Positions 51,543 to 62,644 are shown, counted from the first letter of the stretch. The stretch is DNA of 64,000 nt from Escherichia coli (GCF_003991155.1 NZ_CP031293.1), one strand, 5' to 3'. Program-made: numbers and translations. Notes: generated by a model from the sequence alone, not told the origin.

Positions 51543-54500
51543 ATGGCCGACAACTTTACAGCCCGTAAGCACGGACAATGGAAAGTCATCAGCACCAAAC
51601 CGGATGTCTGTAAAACACCACGCGGAGATTCCACACCGCCTGTCCCCTACCCTGTCACAGCCAATATGGCTGAAGCAGTGATGGTGGTGCAGTCGGTGAA
51701 GCTGAACGGCTGCCCGGCAGTGGTCCTAAACCAGAGCACCATCCCTCAGACAAAGGGCGATGCCGCAGGTGCGGCAAAAGGTGTCAGCAGCGGTACAGTG
51801 GGTGATGTCTGCGAGCCGCTGGACCACAGCGAGACAGTATTTTTTGGCGGCAAGCCGATACTGCGTCACCACGATGAGTTCTGGATGAACAGCCGTAACA
51901 CCATCGGCCTAATCGTGGGCCAGCCGCCACCGGCAGGCGTGCCTGCGGAAGAAGCGGACCCGCCGGATGAACCGGAGACGGAAGAAGAGGAAGAAAAGAG
52001 CAGCTGGCTGGACTGGGTGCAGACAGGACTGGATATTGCCGGGTTTGCACCGGGCTTTGGTTTTTTTGCCGATATGCTGAATGCGGGTATCAGCCTGGCG
52101 CGTGGTAATTATGCTGACGCGTTTATGTCTGTGGCGGCCTCACTTCCGGGGATAGGTGATGCGGCAGCGGCTGGCAGGATGGCAGTTAAAGGACGAAAAG
52201 CAGCAAAGGCGGCTAAAGAAGCCGCCGAACGAGCCGCAAAGAAAAAGCTGGAGAAGGAGGCGGCAATGCGCTCCCGTGCGCTGAGAAAAGCCCAGAAGAA
52301 AGCGGCAGCTAAAAAGAAAGGGGGTATCGTTAAGGGGAAAGCGAAAAATAACAAAGGCAAAGGTAAGGGTGCGGAAAGCAGTGATTGTACCAAACCCGGC
52401 GAACCCGTGGACGCCGGAACCGGCGACTTTCTCCAGCACTTCAGCGTTCTTTCCCTTCCCGGCTCACTTCCTCTCACGCTTTCCCGGTTTTACCGTTCTC
52501 AGGCACAACATGGCGGCATCTTTGGTCCCAAATGGACCGATGAATGGTCCGTATCCCTGAAGGTACACACTGACGGCAACCTGCACTTCACTGACGGTGA
52601 AGGGGTGGAACTGTACTACCCCATTCCGCAGGACGGCATTTTTGAGGGTGCAGCGAACTCCCGCCAGGCACACTACCGGCTGACGGGCGACATGAGCGGA
52701 GAACTGTCGTTGTCCGACCGCCGCACACAGCAGACACAGATTTTTTCTCAGGCAGGCACAGGTACTTATTTGCTGTCTGCCCTTCATGACAATTACGGCA
52801 ACCGGATTGATTTTATCCGCACGGACGGCCTGCTGACAGAAATCCGCCACAGCGACGGCTACACGCTCGCGCTTGCCTGGCTACAGCAGCAACTAATGAG
52901 CATTGACCTGGCAACACCGCGGCGTCAGCGCCTTGTCACCTGTCAGTACGATGATAATGGTTATCTGGCAGAGTGCGATACTTTCCAGTTTTCTCATCTG
53001 TGGCATGAATACACGACTGAAGGGTTTATGACCCGCTGGCGGGATACGGATAAAACCTGCGTGGATATCCGTTACGACCCGCAGGGGCGCGCCATCAGCA
53101 CCCTGTCAACCGAAGGCTATTACGACGACCGTTTTATCTATAACGATGAAGAGCACTGTACCACCTACGTGGATGCAGAAGGCGGCGAAACCCGTTACTG
53201 GTATAACGAAGACGGCCTGGTCACCCACAGCACCGACCCGCTGGGCCGTGAAGAGATTACAGTATGGGAAAACACGCAACTTCAGTCGCGCACCGACGCG
53301 CTGGGGCGTAAAACAGCGTATGAATATAACGATGAGGGCGATATCTGGCATGTTGCCCTGCCGGGCGGCTACAGCCTCTATTACGACTACAACGACGCCG
53401 GGCAGTTAACCCGCCTGACCCTGCCGGGCGACCAGGTATGGCTGTGGGACTACGACGATAAGGGCAGCATGGTCTGCCTGACCGACCCGCAGGGCCGGAA
53501 ACAGCAGTTCAGCTACAGCCAACAGGGTGATTTACTGGCGCGGATTATGCCGGGCGGAGCCACCTGGCGCTGGAGCCATGACGCCCTGCACCAGGTGCGC
53601 GAGACCACTGCGCCGGACGGCGGCGTCACGCAGACTGAACAGGATATGCTGGGCCGCCTGCTGAGTGTGAAAGACCCGCTGGGCTTCACCACGCAGTTCC
53701 GCCACAGCAAAACCCACGCTGGGCCGCTGGGCAGCGTGGAAGAAATTAACCGCCCGGATGGCGTGCGGGAACTGATGCGCCAGAACAGTGAAAAGCTGCC
53801 GGAGAGCTTCACCGATGGCGAAGGCAAAACCACCCGCTACGAATATGGTGCATTTGACCTGTTAACGGCAGTTATCCGCCCGGATGGTGAACGGCTGGAG
53901 TGCCGCTACGACAAGCTGACCCGCCTGACCGAAATCACCAACGCGGAAGGTGAGCACTACCGTCTGGAATATGATAAAGCCGGGCAGCTTATCGCGGAAA
54001 CCGACTTCACCGGGCGCACACTGACCTACAGCTACGATGCGGCAGGCCGCTGTACCCGCACCACCTTCCCGGACGGCACTCACCTGAACCGCCGCTACAA
54101 CGTGACCGACCAGGTAACGGACGAGGAAGTCACCCAGGGCGACAGCAACCGTACCCTGAGCGCCACCACCTTCCTCTATGACACGCTGTGCCGCCTGGTG
54201 GAGGCGAAAAACGATGATGCCATCGTTACGTATGAATATGACAGTGCCAGCAGGGTTGTGGCCGAGACAATCAACGGCAGGCGTACAGAATACAGTTACG
54301 ACAATAATCTCGACACAGTTTCACAGCGCACCACCGCAGGCATCACAGAGCACTTCACCCGCAACCTGATGGGCTATCTGACCACCTGGCAGATAGCCGA
54401 CCATGCCCCGCTGACATTTGAACATGACCTGCGCGGCATGGAAACGTCCCGACGCAGCGAGGCCGGGTTTTACCAGACGCTGGCTTACACCCGCACAGGA

Positions 54501-55961
54501 ATGCCAACGAAGCAGAATGCCGGGGACCACCGGGCCGGCTCGGATGAGCGGAATAAAAGCCTGAAGCGCCAGTGGCTGTATGACAAAGCGTATAATCTGA
54601 CCGCAATCGCCGACTCGCTGCGCGGCTCCATGTTCAACACCATCACGGCGAACGACCAGATAAGCCACGCCACCTGGACGGGTGATTCCAGTCAGTTTCC
54701 GCTGTGTGAGGAACTGTTCACTTACGACAAAAACCTGAACATCACCCGCCGCCAGACCCGGGTGAATGACATACTGGAAAGCGAAACGCACCAGCAGAAC
54801 CGGCATGGACGGGTGATATCAAGTGAGCATGAAGGCTGGCGGCACTCAACGCACCGCATCAATCCGCAGACAGGAAAACCGGAAGAAGGGAAATTTGTCC
54901 GGGTGGTGAACGCCCATAACGTCACCTGGAAATACGATGTTAACGGCAGGCTGATACAGAAGCTGGTCGATAAAGGCGGTTACCGACCGCTGGAATGGCG
55001 CTACAGATGGGACGCGCGCAGCCAGCTAACCGGGCTGGAAACCCCGGATGGTGAACGCTGGGAATACAAATACGACCCCTTCGGCAGGCGCATCAGCAAG
55101 CGCTGCACCAACCGCGACAAACCCGGTATGGATTTTCACTGGAATGGCGACCAGTTGACGGAGGAAATTCCGGTCGGCGCTGACAGTAGTCCTGATACTG
55201 AAAACAGCATCCGCTGGATATATGAGCCGGGAAGTTTTACACCGATTGCGCGTTATGAGAAGGGGCAACTGCATTATGCAGTGACGAACACGGTTGGCCG
55301 CGTACAGGAACTGCTGACAGAAAACGGCCTGATAGTCTGGAAAGGCAAGCAGCAGCTATGGGGCCGTGAGGAAGGCAGAAATAAGAAAGATGCGCCCACA
55401 TGCCGGTTACGTTTTCCGGGGCAGTACGAGGATGTGGAATCAGGGTTGTACTATAACCGGTTCCGGTACTATGATTGCGAGACAGGACAATATCTGTGTG
55501 CTGATCCGTCAGGATTGGACGGAGGGATTAATCCATATGGGTATGTGCATAATCCATTAGGGTGGGCAGACCCTTTTGGGCTAGCCAAAAAGAACGCTCA
55601 GAATACAGTTTTCAGATATCTGAGTGCAGACGATCGTATTCGATATGAGAATGGTCAAAGTTTATTACCTAAAGGTGAGTTTGGTTCAATAGTTGAACAT
55701 GTTGATGGAAAAAATACAGGACATATTTCTGCATCGCTTACCAAGTGTGCAGCTAAAATATTTGATTCGGGCAATGGGTATATAGAAATTGATGTTCAAA
55801 AAATTATCGACAGTGGTATATCATTTATTGATCACAAGAATGTTATGCAAGCGGTTCGTCGTAGCGGCTCTTTAACTAACAGGAGAGATGCCGAAAGAGC
55901 ACTAGAAGTTCTCTTCAAAGGTGAAATTCCCTTTGATGCAATTATTCGTCATGTTATATAA
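51543..55961 (+). CDS. rhs: PAAR-like (DUF4150) Rhs-repeat polymorphic toxin with variable C-terminal toxin domain
   Basis: N-terminal PAAR-like region; many YD/Rhs repeats; demarcating motif PYGYVHNPLGWADPFGL at about 55540-55583 followed by an unrelated AT-rich 125-aa C-terminus. Confidence 0.9.
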   Translation: MADNFTARKHGQWKVISTKPDVCKTPRGDSTPPVPYPVTANMAEAVMVVQSVKLNGCPAVVLNQSTIPQTKGDAAGAAKGVSSGTVGDVCEPLDHSETVFFGGKPILRHHDEFWMNSRNTIGLIVGQPPPAGVPAEEADPPDEPETEEEEEKSSWLDWVQTGLDIAGFAPGFGFFADMLNAGISLARGNYADAFMSVAASLPGIGDAAAAGRMAVKGRKAAKAAKEAAERAAKKKLEKEAAMRSRALRKAQKKAAAKKKGGIVKGKAKNNKGKGKGAESSDCTKPGEPVDAGTGDFLQHFSVLSLPGSLPLTLSRFYRSQAQHGGIFGPKWTDEWSVSLKVHTDGNLHFTDGEGVELYYPIPQDGIFEGAANSRQAHYRLTGDMSGELSLSDRRTQQTQIFSQAGTGTYLLSALHDNYGNRIDFIRTDGLLTEIRHSDGYTLALAWLQQQLMSIDLATPRRQRLVTCQYDDNGYLAECDTFQFSHLWHEYTTEGFMTRWRDTDKTCVDIRYDPQGRAISTLSTEGYYDDRFIYNDEEHCTTYVDAEGGETRYWYNEDGLVTHSTDPLGREEITVWENTQLQSRTDALGRKTAYEYNDEGDIWHVALPGGYSLYYDYNDAGQLTRLTLPGDQVWLWDYDDKGSMVCLTDPQGRKQQFSYSQQGDLLARIMPGGATWRWSHDALHQVRETTAPDGGVTQTEQDMLGRLLSVKDPLGFTTQFRHSKTHAGPLGSVEEINRPDGVRELMRQNSEKLPESFTDGEGKTTRYEYGAFDLLTAVIRPDGERLECRYDKLTRLTEITNAEGEHYRLEYDKAGQLIAETDFTGRTLTYSYDAAGRCTRTTFPDGTHLNRRYNVTDQVTDEEVTQGDSNRTLSATTFLYDTLCRLVEAKNDDAIVTYEYDSASRVVAETINGRRTEYSYDNNLDTVSQRTTAGITEHFTRNLMGYLTTWQIADHAPLTFEHDLRGMETSRRSEAGFYQTLAYTRTGMPTKQNAGDHRAGSDERNKSLKRQWLYDKAYNLTAIADSLRGSMFNTITANDQISHATWTGDSSQFPLCEELFTYDKNLNITRRQTRVNDILESETHQQNRHGRVISSEHEGWRHSTHRINPQTGKPEEGKFVRVVNAHNVTWKYDVNGRLIQKLVDKGGYRPLEWRYRWDARSQLTGLETPDGERWEYKYDPFGRRISKRCTNRDKPGMDFHWNGDQLTEEIPVGADSSPDTENSIRWIYEPGSFTPIARYEKGQLHYAVTNTVGRVQELLTENGLIVWKGKQQLWGREEGRNKKDAPTCRLRFPGQYEDVESGLYYNRFRYYDCETGQYLCADPSGLDGGINPYGYVHNPLGWADPFGLAKKNAQNTVFRYLSADDRIRYENGQSLLPKGEFGSIVEHVDGKNTGHISASLTKCAAKIFDSGNGYIEIDVQKIIDSGISFIDHKNVMQAVRRSGSLTNRRDAERALEVLFKGEIPFDAIIRHVI

Positions 55962-55980
55962 AATAGGAAGGAGTGGAATA

Positions 55981-56274
55981 ATGCCTGCACTATCTGAGTA
56001 CTCGAATGTACACAACACTGTTTTTAATATTTTGATTTGTAAAGGATATCGATTGTGGCATGAAAAAAAACAAGAAAGATATTATGCCGAAAAAGATGGT
56101 TGGGATTTTGTAGCCAATAGCCCGTGTGCTCTCTTGGGGCTCATTGCTATTTATGAATATAAAAAACCCGATCATTATTATGAGTACTGGTGGAAAGATG
56201 AAGGATTACATTTAGAAAAAAACATTAGTGAAATCGCTCCTGAATATAACTCAATCATTTTAAAAAATAATTAG
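55981..56274 (+). CDS. Putative Rhs immunity protein
   Basis: Small AT-rich ORF immediately after the toxin domain, GGAAGGAG RBS before ATG 55981. Confidence 0.5.
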   Translation: MPALSEYSNVHNTVFNILICKGYRLWHEKKQERYYAEKDGWDFVANSPCALLGLIAIYEYKKPDHYYEYWWKDEGLHLEKNISEIAPEYNSIILKNN

Positions 56275-56299
56275 TTGTATACTACTATGATGATGACTC

Positions 56300-56810
56300 G
56301 GTAATAATAACAAACGAAACCCTCAACGGCAGACGGACGGAATATGGCCACGACGCAGAACAGGATTATGTCACCCGGCGCACCACCGCAGGCATTACGG
56401 AACGTTTCACCCGCGGGTTGATGGGTGAGCTGACATCGTGGCAGATAGCCGACCATGCGCCGCTGGCATTTGAATATGACCTGCGCGGCCAGGAAACATC
56501 CAGACAAAGCGAGGCCGGATTTTACCAGACGCAGGGCTACACGCAGACAGGAATGCTGACAACGCAGCGTTCGGGAAGCCAGGCAGAGCCGGAGGCGAAG
56601 AATAAAGACCTGCAACGCCAGTGGCTGTACGACCATGCGTATAACCTGACGATGATATCGGACACGCTGCGCGGGACGATGGTCAACAGCGTGACAGCGA
56701 ACGACCAGATAAGCCATGCCACCTGGACGGGCAGCAGTAATATGCCGATGAGTGAGGAACGCTTCCTCTACGACAAAAACCTGAATATCACCGCCGCCAG
56801 ACCTGGGTGA
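56300..56810 (+). pseudogene. Orphan Rhs core fragment, frameshifted relative to the downstream CT ORF
   Basis: Near-duplicate of main rhs about 54270-54770; a 1-nt difference near 56795 (ccc to cc) breaks the frame. Confidence 0.6.
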
Positions 56811-58030
56811 ACGAGGTACTGGAGAGCGAGACACATCAGCAGCAACAGCATGGCCGGGTGGCGTCGCGTGGACACAAAGAATGGCGACACTCAACGCACC
56901 GGATTAACCCGGACACTGGCAAGCCGGAGGAAGGGAAATTTGTCCGGGTGGTCAACGCGCACGGTATCACCTGGAAGTACGATATTAACGGTCGTCTGGT
57001 GGAGAAGCTGGTCGATAAAGGTGGCTATCGCCCTCTCCAGTGGCGTTACAAATGGGATTCACGCAGCCAGTTGACCGGGCTGGAAACACCGGATGGTGAA
57101 CGCTGGGAGTATAAATACGACCCGTTCGGCAGGCGCATCAGCAAACGCTGTACCAGCCACGATAAACCCGGTATGGATTTTCACTGGAACGGCGACCAGT
57201 TGACGGAGGAAATTCCGGTTGGTGTGGATGGCAAACCGGAAGACGAAAACGCCATCCGCTGGATATACGAGCCGGGAGATTTCACGCCGTTTGCGCGTTA
57301 TGAGAAGGGGCAACTGAATTATGCGGTGACGGACACGGTTGGACGAGTACAGGAACTGCTGACCGAAGACGGCCTGATTGTCTGGAAAGGCAAGCAGCAG
57401 CTATGGGGACGTGAGGAAGGCATCAATAAGGGCGATGCACCCACCTGTCGGTTACGTTTTCCGGGGCAGTATGAGGACACAGAATCGGGACTGTACTATA
57501 ACCGGTTCCGGTACTATGATTGCGGGACGGGGCAGTATATCTCTTCAGATCCGATTGGGCTGAGAGGGGGAATAAAACCATATGGCTATGTTCATAGTCC
57601 ATTAAATTATATTGACCCATTAGGTTTAGCTAACGCTAAAGTTATAGATAATGTTTTGCATATTGTGGATAAATTTGGAGTAAATGGGGCTGCTCCTGAT
57701 ACTGCAGCATCCAGAGAATTGGCTGAGTTTGTAAAAAGATGGAACGAGCAGATAGTGGCGAATGGTGGTTCAATGGCCAGACGTTCTGTTTGTAAAGAAG
57801 TCAGAAAAGCAGCAAGTGAAGCCGCCGCTGCTGAGAGAAAACTTAACCCAAGTTTATATGCTAATGGTGAAGTGGCGGGGCATATTCCAGATGTTGGATG
57901 GGGTGGAAAAATTGATGGTCCGTTTATGCCGTTAAGTCCAAAAGTAAATTCTTATATTGGTGGGTTAACTCAAGCAGTGCCTGTTGGTACAACTTATACA
58001 TCGGTAAGAATAGTGGACATTATACTATGA
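56807..58030 (+). CDS. Orphan Rhs C-terminal region with alternative toxin domain
   Basis: Rhs core ending in PYGYVHSPLNYIDPLGL followed by a distinct 139-aa C-terminus; GTG start, no own promoter evident. Confidence 0.6.
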   Translation: MNEVLESETHQQQQHGRVASRGHKEWRHSTHRINPDTGKPEEGKFVRVVNAHGITWKYDINGRLVEKLVDKGGYRPLQWRYKWDSRSQLTGLETPDGERWEYKYDPFGRRISKRCTSHDKPGMDFHWNGDQLTEEIPVGVDGKPEDENAIRWIYEPGDFTPFARYEKGQLNYAVTDTVGRVQELLTEDGLIVWKGKQQLWGREEGINKGDAPTCRLRFPGQYEDTESGLYYNRFRYYDCGTGQYISSDPIGLRGGIKPYGYVHSPLNYIDPLGLANAKVIDNVLHIVDKFGVNGAAPDTAASRELAEFVKRWNEQIVANGGSMARRSVCKEVRKAASEAAAAERKLNPSLYANGEVAGHIPDVGWGGKIDGPFMPLSPKVNSYIGGLTQAVPVGTTYTSVRIVDIIL

Positions 58031-58554
58031 AAAAATTAAAAGAATTGATTAACGATATTTTGGTTGATTTAAAAATAAATATAACGGAATTACCTGTCAC
58101 TTTACACAGCCATGATAAAGTACCCACGCTAAAAAAAGATTACTATAGAAATCTTAGCCCTATGCTAAAGGTTAGATTTGGTATGTTCTCTAGTTGGAAG
58201 AATGCAACACATGGGGATTGGCTTTCAATAGAAGAGATGATGGAAATTTGGCGTGATGATTTGGTAATAAATGACCGATTGTGGCGAATTAAGGAGAATC
58301 AGATAGCTGCTCGTAATAATTGGGACAATGATGCTTCTTCGCTTTTCAAAAATAATAGATTATCACTTTTTGCTGGAAGTGAGTCTACCTATGAACGAAT
58401 ATATCTGCTTTGGTTAGATAGTGAAATTGAACCTGAGATATGGGTATATGACTGCAATGGTGAATCGAGATATAAAAATCTAGAGTCTTATTTAAATGCA
58501 TATATAAATGACGATGTTAGTGCTAGTAATGAGTCATGGAGAGCCAAATACTGA
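58027..58554 (+). CDS. Putative immunity protein for orphan toxin 1
   Basis: AT-rich ORF overlapping the toxin stop (ATGA). Confidence 0.5.
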   Translation: MKKLKELINDILVDLKINITELPVTLHSHDKVPTLKKDYYRNLSPMLKVRFGMFSSWKNATHGDWLSIEEMMEIWRDDLVINDRLWRIKENQIAARNNWDNDASSLFKNNRLSLFAGSESTYERIYLLWLDSEIEPEIWVYDCNGESRYKNLESYLNAYINDDVSASNESWRAKY

Positions 58555-58777
58555 CGCAGCGACAGTCACCCAGTTAGAGTGAGAGCATGAAAAATATGTT
58601 TTTATACAATATTTTATCGCTATATTTTTGTCATCTGTTTTTGCGCGAAAATCACTCGACAATTTGCATGATATAACCAATTACTCATTAAATTTACCTG
58701 CAGCCTAGTAGGGCTGTCTGACCACCTGGCAGATAGCGGACCATGCCCCGCTGACATTTGAGCATGACCTGCGCGGC

Positions 58778-60310
58778 ATGGAAACCTCCCGACGCAGCGG
58801 GGCCGGATTTTACCAGACGCTGGCTTACACGCGCACAGGGATGCCAGCGAAGCAGAATGCCGGGGACCACCAGGCCGGGCCGCATGAGCGAAATAAAAGC
58901 CTGGAGCGGGAATGGCTTTACGACAAAGCGTATAACCTGACCGCAATCGCCGACTCGCTGCGCGGCTCCATGTTCAACACCATCACGGCAAACGACCAGA
59001 TAAGCCACGCCACCTGGACGGGTGATTCCAGCCAGTTTCCGCTGTGCGAGGAGCTGTTCACTTACGATAAAAACCTGAACATCACCCGCCGCCAGACCCG
59101 TGTGAATAACGTCCTGGAAAGCGAAACGCACCAGCAACAGCAGCATGGCCGGGTGATATCCAGTGAGCATGAAGGCTGGCGGCACTCAACGCACCGCATC
59201 AATCCGCAGACAGGAAAACCGGAAGAAGGGAAATTTGTCCGGGTGGTGAATGCCCATAACATCACCTGGAAATACGATGTTAACGGCAGGCTGGTACAGA
59301 AGCTGGTCGATAAAGGTGGCTACCGCCCTCTCGAATGGCGCTACAGATGGGATGCAAGAAGCCAGCTAACCGGACTGGAAACCCCGGATGGCGAACGCTG
59401 GGAATATAAATACGACCCGTTTGGCAGGCGCATCAGCAAACGCTGCACCAACCGCGACAAACCCGGCATGGATTTTCACTGGAACGGCGACCAGCTAACG
59501 GAGGAAATTCCGGTTGGCGTTAACGGTAAACCGGAAGACGAAAACGCCATCCGCTGGATATACGAGCCGGGAGATTTCACGCCGTTTGCGCGTTATGAGA
59601 AGGGGCAACTGAATTATGCGGTGACGGACACGGTTGGACGAGTACAGGAACTGCTGACCGAAGACGGCCTGATTGTCTGGAAAGGCAAGCAGCAGCTATG
59701 GGGACGTGAGGAAGGCATCAATAAGGGCGATGCACCCACCTGTCGGTTACGTTTTCCGGGGCAGTATGAGGACACAGAATCGGGACTGTACTATAACCGG
59801 TTCCGGTACTATGATTGCGAGACGGGGCAGTATATCTCTTCAGATCCCATAGGATTACTTGGGGGGATAAATCCTTATGGATATGTTCGTAACTCGCTGG
59901 AATTGATTGACCCTTGGGGGCTAGACAGTAAACGCGCTCGACTCCTCAAACAAAAAGGATTCCAAGAACATCATATTATCAGCGATAAAAACAGCTTAAC
60001 CAAAAACCATCCATTGTTGAAGGCCGCGGCATACGACCTACAGAAAATGAAAAACAAGATTTTCTTACCTACAAAATGTGAACTTCATGCAACTCGATCC
60101 ATTCATAAAGGGAGGCATCAAAAAAAGGTAAGTGAAAACCTGGCAAATGAAATGGACAAAGTGTTAGAACACGGGAGAAAACATGGGTGGACGCAAAAAC
60201 AATACAGTGACGCACTTGACGAAATAGTTGCTAAAGAAAGAGCCCTCTTGAAATCTGGCCATAGAGCTTTAAATAAAAACAGACGTGCATGGTCTGTTTT
60301 ACTAACTTAA
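58778..60310 (+). CDS. Orphan Rhs C-terminal region 2 with HNH-superfamily-like nuclease toxin domain
   Basis: Homology to main rhs begins about 58712; ends in PYGYVRNSLELIDPWGL then a C-terminus containing FQEHHIISDK ... HATRSIHKGRH. Confidence 0.6.
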   Translation: METSRRSGAGFYQTLAYTRTGMPAKQNAGDHQAGPHERNKSLEREWLYDKAYNLTAIADSLRGSMFNTITANDQISHATWTGDSSQFPLCEELFTYDKNLNITRRQTRVNNVLESETHQQQQHGRVISSEHEGWRHSTHRINPQTGKPEEGKFVRVVNAHNITWKYDVNGRLVQKLVDKGGYRPLEWRYRWDARSQLTGLETPDGERWEYKYDPFGRRISKRCTNRDKPGMDFHWNGDQLTEEIPVGVNGKPEDENAIRWIYEPGDFTPFARYEKGQLNYAVTDTVGRVQELLTEDGLIVWKGKQQLWGREEGINKGDAPTCRLRFPGQYEDTESGLYYNRFRYYDCETGQYISSDPIGLLGGINPYGYVRNSLELIDPWGLDSKRARLLKQKGFQEHHIISDKNSLTKNHPLLKAAAYDLQKMKNKIFLPTKCELHATRSIHKGRHQKKVSENLANEMDKVLEHGRKHGWTQKQYSDALDEIVAKERALLKSGHRALNKNRRAWSVLLT

Positions 60311-60322
60311 CAGAGAAAATAT

Positions 60323-60880
60323 ATGTATAGATGGACAATCCCAGAACAATATGCCAATAAGTATATTGGAGAATATCAATATGAATCTTTTGATTACTTA
60401 CTTTTTTCTCATAGCACACCAATTGAAAGAGTTGAGAATATCAATCCAGTCATTATCTACGCGATGCCCGATGAAATGATAAATAAATATGATTGCTTGC
60501 CAAATAGTTCATTGATCCCCGTAGTTAATGAACGACTAAAGGACTTCCTGGAAACACATGCCAAAGGTAATGTTGAGTTTCATAAAATAGACCTTCACAC
60601 GAACAATGGACTCAAAGATGGTTTTTATCTTTTGAATACACTCACAAAACTACCGTTAATTGATATGCAGCACTCTCATTGCCAGTATATTCCCGGAACA
60701 ACAGCGATCATGGGGTTTGAACAGGTTTTTTTTATTGAAGAGCCTCCGGAAGATTTTTGCATTGCACGATGCGCAGAATATTCATCTTATCTTATGTTAT
60801 CTGATTCATTAGTAAAAAAAATGAAAAAAGAAAAATTTAAAGGAATTTCATATTCGAAAGTTCCTGTTCACCGAGGTTAA
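60323..60880 (+). CDS. Putative immunity protein for orphan toxin 2
   Basis: 185-aa AT-rich ORF 13 bp after the toxin stop. Confidence 0.5.
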   Translation: MYRWTIPEQYANKYIGEYQYESFDYLLFSHSTPIERVENINPVIIYAMPDEMINKYDCLPNSSLIPVVNERLKDFLETHAKGNVEFHKIDLHTNNGLKDGFYLLNTLTKLPLIDMQHSHCQYIPGTTAIMGFEQVFFIEEPPEDFCIARCAEYSSYLMLSDSLVKKMKKEKFKGISYSKVPVHRG

Positions 60881-60964
60881 AATAATTGGACATATAACAA
60901 ATATATTAAATCGGTAGCATCTCCAGGGAAGGATCATCGTATTCGTATGCCGTAGGCACGCCGT

Positions 60965-61357
60965 AATCTGGTATAACGAAGACGGCCTGCTCACCCGCAG
61001 CACCGACCCGCTCGGTCGGGAAGAGATTACGGTATGGGAGAACACGCAACTCCAGTCACGCACCGATGCACTGGGGCGTAAAACAGCGTATGAATACAAC
61101 GATGAGGGCGATATCTGGCACGTCGCCCTGCCGGGTGGTTACAGTCTGTACTATGACTACAACGACGCCGGACAGTTAACCCGCCTGACCCTGCCGGGCG
61201 ACCAGGTATGGCAGTGGGATTACGACGATAAGGGCAGCATGGTCTGCCTGACCGACCCGCAGGGCCGGAAACAGCAGTTCAGCTACTGCGCACAGGGGGA
61301 TTTACTGGCGCGGATTATGCCGGGCGGAGCCACCTGGCGCTGGAGCCATGACGCCCC
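60965..61357 (+). repeat. Rhs core remnant (duplicate of main rhs about 53196-53590)
   Basis: About 390 bp nearly identical to the internal rhs segment, no start codon. Confidence 0.7.
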
Positions 61358-61507
61358 AGGGAACAGGGAAAGATCACGTAACGCTGCTTTTTTGTACTAA
61401 ATAATTCGCATTTTATGTTTAAAAATTGAGATATTCCTCATTACCTAAAGCTTTTTTTTATTGCTTATACATGATCAAATACTCCTTACATAATTAAGGA
61501 GAACAAA

Positions 61508-62644
61508 ATGGAACTTAAAAAATTGATGGAACATATTTCTATTATCCCCGATTACAGACAAGCCTGGAAAGTGGAACATAAATTATCGGATATTCTACTG
61601 TTGACTATTTGTGCCGTTATTTCGGGTGCAGAAGGCTGGGAAGATATAGAGGATTTTGGGGAAACACATCTCGATTTTTTGAAGCAATATGGTGATTTTG
61701 ATAATGGTATTCCTGTTCACGATACCATTGCCAGAGTTGTATCCTGTATCAGTCCTGCAAAATTTCACGAGTGCTTTATTAACTGGATGCGTGACTGCCA
61801 TTCTTCAGATGATAAAGACGTCATTGCAATTGATGGAAAAACACTCCGGCATTCTTATGACAAGAGTCGCCGCAAGGGTGCGATTCATGTCATTAGTGCG
61901 TTCTCAACAATGCACAGTCTGGTCATCGGACAGATCAGGACGGATGAGAAATCCAATGAAATTACAGCTATCCCTGAACTTCTTAACATGCTGGATATTA
62001 AAGGAAAAATCATCACAACTGATGCGATGGGTTGCCAGAAAGATATTGCAGAGAAGATACAAAAACAGGGCGGTGATTATTTATTCGCTGTAAAAGGAAA
62101 TCAGGGGCTGCTTAATAAAGCCTTTGAGGAAAAATTTCCACTGAAAGAATTAAATAATCCAGAGCATGACAGTTACGCCATTAGTGAAAAGAGTCACGGC
62201 AGAGAAGAAATCCGTCTTCATATTGTTTGCGATGTCCCTGATGAACTTATTGATTTCACGTTTGAATGGAAAGGACTGAAGAAATTATGCGTGGCAGTCT
62301 CCTTTCGGTCAATAATAGCAGAACAAAAGAAAGAGCCAGAAATGACGGTCAGATATTATATCAGTTCTGCTGATTTAACCGCAGAGAAGTTCGCCACAGC
62401 AATCCGAAACCACTGGCACGTGGAGAATAAGCTGCACTGGCGTCTGGACGTGGTAATGAATGAAGACGACTGCAAAATAAGAAGAGGAAACGCAGCAGAA
62501 TTATTTTCAGGGATACGGCACATTGCTATTAATATTTTGACGAATGATAAGGTATTCAAGGCAGGGTTAAGACGTAAGATGCGAAAAGCAGCCATGGACA
62601 GAAACTATCTCGCGTCAGTCCTTGCGGGGAGCGGGCTTTCGTAA
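61508..62644 (+). CDS. ISAs1-family transposase (H-repeat-associated protein)
   Basis: [18 protein letters not shown]...[20 protein letters not shown] matches H-rpt/ISAs1 transposases found beside rhs loci. Confidence 0.85.
   Translation: MELKKLMEHISIIPDYRQAWKVEHKLSDILLLTICAVISGAEGWEDIEDFGETHLDFLKQYGDFDNGIPVHDTIARVVSCISPAKFHECFINWMRDCHSSDDKDVIAIDGKTLRHSYDKSRRKGAIHVISAFSTMHSLVIGQIRTDEKSNEITAIPELLNMLDIKGKIITTDAMGCQKDIAEKIQKQGGDYLFAVKGNQGLLNKAFEEKFPLKELNNPEHDSYAISEKSHGREEIRLHIVCDVPDELIDFTFEWKGLKKLCVAVSFRSIIAEQKKEPEMTVRYYISSADLTAEKFATAIRNHWHVENKLHWRLDVVMNEDDCKIRRGNAAELFSGIRHIAINILTNDKVFKAGLRRKMRKAAMDRNYLASVLAGSGLS

Noticed and set aside
55921-55980. Longer immunity ORF starting at 55921 overlapping the rhs 3' end
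   Set aside because: The ATG at 55981 has a strong GGAAGGAG RBS and begins after the rhs stop; the upstream extension is a frame overlap with the toxin coding region
56271-56894. Minus-strand 207-aa ORF
   Set aside because: Antisense to the orphan Rhs core fragment; an artefact of GC-rich repeat sequence
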